48,306 nt of DNA, taken from contig JAYZEG010000064.1 in the NCBI GenBank assembly GCA_036337435.1, positions 1 to 48,306 of the forward strand, read 5' to 3'. Below are positions 29,601 to 36,319 of this stretch, in pieces. Made by a program: the position numbers and the translations under genes. How positions within the stretch are numbered: position 1 is the first letter of the stretch; every line of letters starts with the position of its first letter. The DNA comes from Myxococcota bacterium. GTDB lineage: Bacteria > Myxococcota_A > Bradymonadia > UBA7976 > UBA1532. Below the pieces are notes generated by a model. That model did no database searches. It was not told where the DNA came from and saw only the letters and a program-made list of their open reading frames with translations.

Positions 29601-29684
29601 GTTTCCGCCCACCCGCTTGTGAGGACACTGCCTGGAGAGATGGTAGATGAGGTTCATCAACACTTGCGGAGCGGTCCAGCCTAA
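26601..29684 (+). CDS. Ser/Thr kinase - STAND/AAA-like domain - TPR fusion protein
   Basis: Intact kinase (GEGGVSRV, VAIK, HRDVKPDN, DFG, APE); LIGRDLE, degenerate Walker A, GNPYF, FVHRLLWE; C-terminal TPR-like helices; TTG start with AGGAG RBS. Confidence 0.88.
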   Translation: MPELVANRFELNELLGEGGVSRVYRAYDRTVGHEVAIKLLHPRYLGEGRIRRRFMREARAFKRLRHPNIVKMFDFGDADQGPYICLEFVQGQTLSTYCETCSFEDFIRVLDDVLAALTAAHAKGVYHRDVKPDNVLVIDLDGAPCAKLLDFGFARLDDEESEYSKRDAFGTPRYMAPEQISHAAPIGPATDIYSLAVVVYEFLSGQPPFDGSHGMAVALKHLTDPVPNLILRTGMSAGQALIPIVMRALAKAPADRYASVPELRHAIVNALGEEKSFFKQPVTAPGVDAAAAQRIAEMAFQDLSRSETAPIAISHSTVGEHVIVDPIGVRPLIGRDLEQDWLSQALRGVANGRPGELLLVDADPGMGRRQLLGWLTDTAKVQGRVQVVSFGHRRHAGEHCAGIRAILDELLGGLVNQSTAYAELVRRVEKWAALPRSAPLLRYLEPGALTHLVEFVYPEGGDASESADDRLLVEDIVRDAAHTIGNLVALASLNRPVLFTVGDLDRLDSFSNTVLLELVSLLEQHALPILFVVSHSSTGLSKKVDEVIARLRTQTARVQSRSLRALQVDDMRLLLQHVAPLDEAVAEAVAVRTKGNPYFATELVKLLKKRRELDEYGGRLALSENASPAAWPSTLAETLLLRARATLADLPDGQLAEELLQACAVLGEGFEYDVLIRYLTTESEQQGRIERGVELLVENGFLADSEGQSGDRIHFVHRLLWEELNSQISLDDRRLLHSRAADAMSADASMIPHRAVEIAAHLEEAGRKLEAGRYWLRAAMFARRSGDLPRCRHLLERANAVLEASRKPDADYLRAQIWLDLGAVELNLSSPARAKVLAASIIKWSRATDETYFYGRGLLLLGDALRAGKAFGEALRAYGQANDVLLDAADLKGVGYCLLGRGRVERHLGRLGEALTSFSNAAEQFGKIDDRAGQAQMYLAVGELCEQQAEIRPAERAFRRSQKLFEQCHDVSNGLLAELKLGLLLYKSGRREEGRRALARVSAHPLVRTLPGEMVDEVHQHLRSGPA

Positions 29685-30256
29685 TACCGGCTGCTGATGC
29701 CCAGTCCAAAAGTCAGGCCGTCAATACTTTTTGTGAGCTCGTTTCCATAGCTGCTGTTGGAGAAGTAGCCGAGGGTTCCGTGTAGGTTTATTGAATGACT
29801 GAGTTCATAGCCCGCGCCAACCCCGAATCGTAGTCCCCAGCCGAATCGATTGTTTGTGCCGGCCACGCCCGCCTTTGAATCGTTATTGCTGGTCCACCAA
29901 GTAGGTCCTAGCCCAGCTGACGATTCAAATGAAATCTTATCGGCAATAGGCCTTCGATAACGGACCCGTACGCTCGGCTTCAGGAGGAGCCGACGTGCAT
30001 GCTGGCGAGTGTCACCTTTAATCCATAGTAAGTTGAATTCAGCCCCCAGTTGGAGCGGGCCTACGGTCATGGTCTCAACCCATGGAATCAAGACATAGCT
30101 TAGCGCAGCATCGTGCTGGGTAGCGCCGGCGCCTTCCGGGTTCGCCTCCAAGGTACCGAGGGCACCAATTTGGACGTCTACACCTATGCTCGGGTCCGCA
30201 TACACGCTCGAAACACTCAATAGTAAAACTAAAAAAATAAGCCGTGTAATCATCAT
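29681..30256 (-). CDS. small outer-membrane beta-barrel protein
   Basis: Signal peptide MMITRLIFLVLLLSVSSVYA (start moved to 30256); alternating beta strands; ends LTFGLGISSRY with a terminal aromatic residue. Confidence 0.65.
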   Translation of the reverse strand: MMITRLIFLVLLLSVSSVYADPSIGVDVQIGALGTLEANPEGAGATQHDAALSYVLIPWVETMTVGPLQLGAEFNLLWIKGDTRQHARRLLLKPSVRVRYRRPIADKISFESSAGLGPTWWTSNNDSKAGVAGTNNRFGWGLRFGVGAGYELSHSINLHGTLGYFSNSSYGNELTKSIDGLTFGLGISSRY

Positions 30257-30355
30257 AGCCCCCCATGGCATCAGCAGAAATCGAGCCCGGTTTTCCAGGA
30301 AATGCTGTAATTGTGGCAAGTAATGTAAAAAACTGCCACCATTGAAATATCATAA

Positions 30356-31069
30356 GTGACACGGGGTGGCGCGCTCTTGGTAATCCATAACAAGACGACA
30401 TTTGATCCCTATTCCGTTGGGGAATTCCGTGTTCGCGATGCGCTTAGGATTGCGCGTTTGTTTTGGTGGAAGCATAGATGGGCTTACACCGGTCTAGCGG
30501 TCTTGGCATCGGTGCCGAGTCTATTTGGTTTTTTTTGGGCACCTGATTGGGCGACATTCACAGCGTGTGGCCTTACCCTCCTTTTCTTAACTTCGTTGAT
30601 CTCACCCATGGTTGCGAGGCAGGCCCGGGGCTTGAACGCGGACTTTGTGAACAGCTTACGGGCTATCCTGAGCCGAATCTTGGTATTGCTGGTTGTCGGA
30701 GCTTTAATGGGGGCCGCTGTCGCGGGACCGGCCCTGGTATGTCATTACACAATCGGTCCAATTTTTGCGTACCCTGCTCTGGTCTTGGGCATTTTCTTGG
30801 CAACACCGTTCATTCTCACAATTCCGATTGTCCTAATAGAGTCCTTGAGTCTCTTTGCGTCTTTCAAGCGCAGTTTATTCATGATGCAGGGACGCTATAT
30901 GCGAGCATTGCCCCTTCTGGCTGCCGGTGTTTTTACGGCGGTTTTACCAGTCGCGATCAAGTCGCACGCACCGGTGGCAGCTATCGTCGCCTTATGTCTG
31001 CAGCCTGTCTTGTTGACCTGGTGTGCAATTGGCGTTGGCGCACTCTACACAAATTTGTACGACCATTAA
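30356..31069 (+). CDS. multi-pass membrane protein of unknown function
   Basis: About six hydrophobic helices; PIVLIE.LS...SFKRS..MM.G pattern; start uncertain. Confidence 0.65.
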   Translation: MTRGGALLVIHNKTTFDPYSVGEFRVRDALRIARLFWWKHRWAYTGLAVLASVPSLFGFFWAPDWATFTACGLTLLFLTSLISPMVARQARGLNADFVNSLRAILSRILVLLVVGALMGAAVAGPALVCHYTIGPIFAYPALVLGIFLATPFILTIPIVLIESLSLFASFKRSLFMMQGRYMRALPLLAAGVFTAVLPVAIKSHAPVAAIVALCLQPVLLTWCAIGVGALYTNLYDH

Positions 31070-31078
31070 GCTTCCGGA

Positions 31079-32098
31079 TTATGCGACCGCCTTCGGTTCG
31101 TTCGTAGCCTGTGTCTGTAGTGCTGTCTCTAACCGTTTAACAGCCTCCGGATTGTCTTTTAGCCAGGTTCGGGCTCGTTCACGGCCTTGTCCGATTTTTT
31201 GTTCAGCGATACTAAACCAGGAGCCTGCTCGCTGTACCAAGCCCTCGTTGACCGCAAGATCCAGCAGATCACCGAGGCCGTCGATGCCAGATCCGTAAAG
31301 TATATCGAATTCCGCTTGTCCAAATGGTGGCGAAACCTTGTTCTTTACAACCCGTACTCGAACTCGATTACCGTGGGGGCTGTCATCTTTCTTGATGGTT
31401 GCTATTCGGCGGATGTCCAGACGAACGCTCGAATAGTACTTTAAGGCATTGCCGCCCGTTGTGACCTCTGGGTTGCCAAACATAACTCCAATTTTCTGGC
31501 GCAATTGATTGATAAAAATGACGAGGGTATTGGTTCGGTGGGCGGAACTGGTGATTTTTCTGAGTGCCTGAGACATCAGCCTCGCCTGTAAGCCCATGTG
31601 GCTATCGCCCATGTCGCCCTCCAGTTCTGCCTTTGGAACCAAGGCCGCAACACTGTCAATGACCACCAGATCGATCGCGGCCGACCTCACCAGCATGTCG
31701 GCAATCTCAAGTGCTTGTTCCCCATGGTCTGGCTGGGAAATAACAAGGGTCTTCGGTTTCACTCCTAACTTAACAGCGTAATTCAAATCCAGCGCGTGTT
31801 CAGCATCAATATATGCGGCACGGCCACCGTTGGCTTGTAGTTGAGCGATCGCTTCGAGAACCAGGGTGGTTTTTCCTGAAGCTTCCGGACCGTAGATTTC
31901 GACCACCCGTCCCTTCGGTAGGCCGCCAACACCGAGTGCTCGATTCAAGCTCCAGCAACCTGTCTGAATCACATCGATGGGTTTGACTGATTTTTTATCT
32001 GACATCATCCAGATGGCACCGTGACCGAATTGCTTTTCGATACTTTTCAGAGCCTGCTCGAATGTCTGTTGAACTTTTTTTGAACTATCTTTCTGCAT
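31079..32098 (-). CDS. recA: recombinase RecA
   Basis: [58 protein letters not shown] 32098 has a GAGAGGA RBS (the ORF track starts at 32185). Confidence 0.97.
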   Translation of the reverse strand: MQKDSSKKVQQTFEQALKSIEKQFGHGAIWMMSDKKSVKPIDVIQTGCWSLNRALGVGGLPKGRVVEIYGPEASGKTTLVLEAIAQLQANGGRAAYIDAEHALDLNYAVKLGVKPKTLVISQPDHGEQALEIADMLVRSAAIDLVVIDSVAALVPKAELEGDMGDSHMGLQARLMSQALRKITSSAHRTNTLVIFINQLRQKIGVMFGNPEVTTGGNALKYYSSVRLDIRRIATIKKDDSPHGNRVRVRVVKNKVSPPFGQAEFDILYGSGIDGLGDLLDLAVNEGLVQRAGSWFSIAEQKIGQGRERARTWLKDNPEAVKRLETALQTQATNEPKAVA

Positions 32099-32201
32099 TG
32101 TTAATCCTCTCAAGAGTTTGATGATGTTGGATCTAATGGCGCGGTATACGTCTCTCGTTACGCTCCAGAGTTTTGTTTGCTTCATATGGTCTTTGTTAGA
32201 G

Positions 32202-33707
32202 TCAGCACCTGCGATAGCTCAAGGCTTCGCAGAGATGAGTTTTTTTGATGTGTTCAGAGCCGTCCAGGTCAGCGATTGTTCGGGCCACTTTCAATGATTT
32301 GAATAGCCCACGGTTAGACAGGGAAAAGGCGTTGGCAGCCTCCTCGAGAAAGTCTCTTTTGCTTGCGTCAAGGGAGCATATATCTTGAATATGGGCGTCT
32401 GAAAGATGTCCGTTTTGCCAGTTGGTGGCGTTTGGTGAACGACTCTTTTGTCTCGTGATCGCGGCATCAACTCGGCTTCGAGACAGCTTTGTTGGGGTCC
32501 CACCGCCCTTTGACAGTAAGGTCGAGTGGTCCACCGGCTGGAGTTGCAGATGAAGGTCAAAACGATCTGCAAGCGGTCCGCTCAAGCGGCGCTGATATCG
32601 GACGATGGTGTCCATTGTGCAAGTGCAGAGTCGAGTTGGATGGCCACTGTAGCCGCATGGGCAGGGGTTCATGGCTGCTACCAGAACAAAGCGTGATGGA
32701 TACCTCGCAATCATTTTTGAACGCGCGATCAGCACTTGGCCGTCCTGCAATGGTTGCCGTAGGCATTCGAGAGTTGTTCGTCGAAACTCAAGAAGCTCAT
32801 CTAAGAAAAGAACACCATGATGTGCTAATGAGACTTCGCCGGGACGGATGTTGACGCCACCGCCGATCAGTGCCGCATCTGAGATCGTATGATGGGGTGC
32901 TCGAAAGGGACGCTGATAGGACAGTATGCTTGGATTGTGGATGGCTGTGTTTGAAGAATGGATCGCTGCAACTTCTAGTCGTTGCTGTTTCGTCATGGAC
33001 GATAGCAGTCCGGGTAGCCGCTTTGCGAGCATCGATTTGCCGCAACCTGGCGGACCCGACATCAAGAGGTTATGGGCTCCAGCCGCTGAGATTTCCAACG
33101 CTCTGATCGCCCGAGCTTGGCCCTTTACGTCCTGCAGGTCGGGCGCAGTGTTTTGGGCTCGCTCGATGGAGTCGTTTACCTGATGAGGCAGAGGCACATC
33201 GTCCAGTAAATGATTGACGACGTCAGTGAGATGAGTTGCGCCATAGCATGTGAGTTCCTCGACTTGGCAGGCGGTCTTCGAGTTGTCTGCATGGCAAATC
33301 AATGAGCTGAAGCCAAGTCTCTTTGCATTGAGAGCGAGAGTAAGAATTCCCGCCACCGGTCTCAGCGTGCCGTCGAGAGAGAGTTCGCTCACAGCCAAGA
33401 TCTCGCTGAGAGCCTCCACGGAAACTCGCTTCTGTGCGGCCAGTATGGCGAGAGCGATTGGAAGGTCGAAACCTGTGCCTGCTTTGGGTAGATGCCCAGG
33501 TGCGAGGTTGACCGTGACTCGCCCTTTGGGGAACCCATAGCCAGAGTTTTCAAGGGCCGATTTTACCCGAGTGCGTGACTCGTTCACCGACGATGTAGGC
33601 AGACCTACAATGCTGAAGACCCTAAGCCCTCGGCTGATGTCGACTTCAACCGTGACTTTCGACGCGTCAATCCCGTTGGCAACACTTGTGTAAGAACTGG
33701 CGAGCAT
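32202..33707 (-). CDS. comM: ComM/YifB Mg-chelatase-like AAA+ protein
   Basis: IVGLP...[85 protein letters not shown]; start moved to ATG 33707. Confidence 0.93.
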   Translation of the reverse strand: MLASSYTSVANGIDASKVTVEVDISRGLRVFSIVGLPTSSVNESRTRVKSALENSGYGFPKGRVTVNLAPGHLPKAGTGFDLPIALAILAAQKRVSVEALSEILAVSELSLDGTLRPVAGILTLALNAKRLGFSSLICHADNSKTACQVEELTCYGATHLTDVVNHLLDDVPLPHQVNDSIERAQNTAPDLQDVKGQARAIRALEISAAGAHNLLMSGPPGCGKSMLAKRLPGLLSSMTKQQRLEVAAIHSSNTAIHNPSILSYQRPFRAPHHTISDAALIGGGVNIRPGEVSLAHHGVLFLDELLEFRRTTLECLRQPLQDGQVLIARSKMIARYPSRFVLVAAMNPCPCGYSGHPTRLCTCTMDTIVRYQRRLSGPLADRFDLHLQLQPVDHSTLLSKGGGTPTKLSRSRVDAAITRQKSRSPNATNWQNGHLSDAHIQDICSLDASKRDFLEEAANAFSLSNRGLFKSLKVARTIADLDGSEHIKKTHLCEALSYRRC

Positions 33708-33741
33708 ATCGACCCCAAAAACTTGAATCAACAGCTCTACT

Positions 33742-33758
33742 GGCAAACGCTGTGCCAA
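33742..33758 (-). promoter_or_regulatory. sigma54 -24/-12 promoter upstream of comM
   Basis: Minus strand TTGGCACAGCGTTTGCC matches TGGCAC-N5-TTGC exactly; about 35 nt upstream of the comM ATG. Confidence 0.75.
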
Positions 33759-33810
33759 CCTCTTCTTGGGGTGTTTTCTGCCTGTGCTATACGCTGTTAG
33801 ACAGGTATGA

Positions 33811-33837
33811 GTCGTCCAGACCGTTCACGTCGTCCAG
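33811..33837. repeat. three tandem 9-bp direct repeats
   Basis: GTCGTCCAG / ACCGTTCAC / GTCGTCCAG; outer units identical, middle unit matches 5 of 9. Confidence 0.6.
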
Positions 33838-33863
33838 TAAATGGGCGGATTGGATTGAGGTGG

Positions 33864-33896
33864 AATTAAGAACGGCCGCCCCATTTGGAGCGGCCG
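33864..33896 (-). terminator. intrinsic terminator after tRNA-Cys
   Basis: Minus strand CGGCCGCTCC-AAAT-GGGGCGGCCG followed by TTCTTAATT. Confidence 0.7.
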
Positions 33897-33898
33897 AG

Positions 33899-33970
<72 letters not shown>

Positions 33971-33980
33971 AGTAGGCGAA

Positions 33981-34010
33981 GTTCTAGTTGAAGTCTGTGT
34001 CATTTGTCAA
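33981..34010 (-). promoter_or_regulatory. probable sigma70 promoter of tRNA-Cys
   Basis: TTGACA (34010-34005), 18-nt spacer, TAGAAC (33986-33981), ending 10 nt before the tRNA. Confidence 0.5.
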
Positions 34011-34011
34011 C

Positions 34012-34383
34012 TTAGAAAAAATATCCGAGATATTCCGGAAGCCGGGTTACATCCATCTTTTTCGAAAAGTATCCATGCAAGTCTTTTGAGTTGCAGAGCG
34101 TGTTGAGTTCCCTCGGAGGCCGATTGGAAAAGAGGACAAGCATCAACTTGGAATGGTTGGTATCCGTTTGGATACTGCGCACAATATCATCAAATGCAAG
34201 CCTCGGCATATCAATGTCCACAAGGAGAACATCAGGTTCTTCATAGTCAACTTTTGCTATGCAGCCGTTGGGGCTTGTTGTCTGTACCACGTCGTAACCG
34301 TGTTGTCGTAGCACGTCGACAGTCACCATGGTGCTGATGATGTTATCGTCAACCAGCATAATTTTTCGATTTGCAGCTCCCAT
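34012..34383 (-). CDS. single-domain response regulator
   Basis: LVDDN, LLVDIDMP, LFS, YFSK. Confidence 0.85.
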   Translation of the reverse strand: MGAANRKIMLVDDNIISTMVTVDVLRQHGYDVVQTTSPNGCIAKVDYEEPDVLLVDIDMPRLAFDDIVRSIQTDTNHSKLMLVLFSNRPPRELNTLCNSKDLHGYFSKKMDVTRLPEYLGYFF

Positions 34384-34454
34384 GGTTCGATTATTCTGTT
34401 GATTGACTCGAAGTTCAATTATTTCCGTAGTTAATTTTTAAATAAGGACTCTTC

Positions 34455-35198
34455 ATGCGTTTTCTTGCTGAAGAAGGATACTGCGATCTTCATCTGCACG
34501 CGGTGCCCAATATAGATGATGGTGCCCGTTCTATGGAGGCTGCACTCGATATGTTGAAAGGGTTGCATGACCTTGGATATCGACATTTTGTGGTGACGCC
34601 TCATGCTGACGATCATCGGTTCACCTATAGCTTAGACCTGATTCGAATGCGATTTCAGCGTCTACAGGAGGCCGTCGCGGCGGCAGGGCTCCCCATCGAT
34701 CTTGATTGCGGTGCCGAATATACTTACGGAGAACGCTTGCGCTCCGATATCGAAAATAAGCGTGTCTTCACCCTAGCTGGGTCTCGATATGTGCTCATGG
34801 AGCTGCCCGAGGCATTCATACCCGCAACGATGCCGTCGACGCTGTATGGATTCGCCCGTCACGATGTCTACCCGGTTCTTGCGCACCCAGAGCGCTGCCG
34901 TCCGTTTCAGGATGATCCTGAGGCTTTGGAGCGGTTGGCCACTGGTCGGGCCTTGGTTCAAGTGAGTTTCAGGTCATTGGCAGGGACATTCGGTCGAACC
35001 ATCAAGAAAACTGCATGGCGTCTCGTTGAAGAAGATATTGCAGATCTTGTTGCGACGGATTGCCACAGTCCTCGCGACTTGAAGAAGGTTGTTCAGCCGG
35101 TTTTAAAGGCACTGAACAAACGCTTGGACCCGAGTCATTTCCATCGGCTGATGATTTCGTTTCCCAAACGAATGGTGGATGGGAACATGCCGTCATGA
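34455..35198 (+). CDS. CpsB/CapC/YwqE-family PHP tyrosine phosphatase
   Basis: DLHLHAVPNIDDGA, VTPH, GAEY, AHPER, ATDCHS. Confidence 0.92.
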   Translation: MRFLAEEGYCDLHLHAVPNIDDGARSMEAALDMLKGLHDLGYRHFVVTPHADDHRFTYSLDLIRMRFQRLQEAVAAAGLPIDLDCGAEYTYGERLRSDIENKRVFTLAGSRYVLMELPEAFIPATMPSTLYGFARHDVYPVLAHPERCRPFQDDPEALERLATGRALVQVSFRSLAGTFGRTIKKTAWRLVEEDIADLVATDCHSPRDLKKVVQPVLKALNKRLDPSHFHRLMISFPKRMVDGNMPS

Positions 35199-36229
35199 AG
35201 AATCGACTTTGGCTCAAGTATTTTGTGTCCGTCATCTTGGGGGGCGGTCTCGTTTGGCTCGCGTTTCGGGGTGAGGACTGGAGCCAGGTTGGTGAACAAT
35301 TGACGCGGGTTGATCAGGGGTCATTGGTCGCCTATCTTGTTTTGTTTTCGCTCGCCCATCTGTTGAGGATGGTGCGATGGGGGGTTTTGGTTCGAGCCCT
35401 CGGGACGATTTCTTGGCGGGACACACTCGCGGCGGGTGCCGTAGGGTATATGTGTATCATGGTTTTTCCCCTTCGTTTAGGTGAGTTTGTAAGACCGCTG
35501 CTCGTGCGTGGTCGGGACGGCGTGACAGCGTCGGGGGCTCTGGCCACGGTCGTCGTCGAACGCGTCATCGACGGAATCTTATTTGTTGCGCTATTCTTTG
35601 TGTTCATTTCGCTCTTGCCGGAGTCGGGTAATCCAGCTGTAAGCACTGTGAAGATCAGTGCTTACGTTGCGGGCGTTGTCTTCATCGTTGCTTTGTTGAC
35701 CATGGTTGCCGCTTATCTTAAGCGCGAGCAGACAATACGCTTGATACGCCGTTTAGGCGAGCCGATACATAGCGGTTTGACCGACAAGGCTGTCGGGCTT
35801 TTGGATGCCTTTATCGATGGTTTGAAAATTCTTCCTGATTGGCGGCGTTTAGCCCTTTTTCTATTCTACACGGTCGTTTATTGGGCGGCTTTGGGGGTTG
35901 GAATGAAGCTCATGGCCGACGCGGCTCACATGCCCGATGTCACCTGGGTTGGCGGCTTTGCTCTGTTGACTGTTCTGACAGTGGGCATCATGGTGCCGGG
36001 TGGGCCCGGCTTTGCGGGTACGTTTGAATTCGCGCTCAAAGGCGGCTTTGCACTTTTGGTCTTGGCTCCAGAAAGTGTGGCGAATATAACCGTGTATATC
36101 CTGATGCTGCACTTGGCTCAACTGGTGGTCCAGGTCGGTTTCGGTGCTGCCTGTATCGTACTAGGATTTGTCAAACTGTCAGATATCAAAACGGGTGGAG
36201 TGACAGCGACTGACCAATTGGCGAAGTGA
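35195..36229 (+). CDS. lysylphosphatidylglycerol-synthase TM / UPF0104 flippase-like membrane protein
   Basis: LRMVRW, FPLRLGEFVR, ATVVVERVIDG, PGGPGFAGTFE; ATG 35195 overlaps the previous stop (ATGA). Confidence 0.85.
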   Translation: MKNRLWLKYFVSVILGGGLVWLAFRGEDWSQVGEQLTRVDQGSLVAYLVLFSLAHLLRMVRWGVLVRALGTISWRDTLAAGAVGYMCIMVFPLRLGEFVRPLLVRGRDGVTASGALATVVVERVIDGILFVALFFVFISLLPESGNPAVSTVKISAYVAGVVFIVALLTMVAAYLKREQTIRLIRRLGEPIHSGLTDKAVGLLDAFIDGLKILPDWRRLALFLFYTVVYWAALGVGMKLMADAAHMPDVTWVGGFALLTVLTVGIMVPGGPGFAGTFEFALKGGFALLVLAPESVANITVYILMLHLAQLVVQVGFGAACIVLGFVKLSDIKTGGVTATDQLAK

Positions 36230-36319
36230 GTGAGATCAACGTGATTGTCCGAGTAGGGTGTTTTGGGGTATCTTAAACCCAACATTTGCTTCCACGGTGA
36301 CGAAACGAGTTTATACCTA

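Noticed and set aside
5070..29684. Abutting or overlapping convergent gene ends (5070/5072, 9215/9218, 11581/11582, 29681/29684) as an antisense system
   Set aside because: They are adequately explained by compact gene packing; there is no further evidence.
30273..30288. GGGCTCGATTTCTGCT on the minus strand as a sigma54 promoter for the beta-barrel gene
   Set aside because: Three mismatches to consensus, and too close to the start codon to leave room for an RBS.
32099..32201. 29-aa N-terminal RecA extension, or a LexA box before recA
   Set aside because: The downstream ATG has the clear RBS; I could not match a known LexA box in this gap.
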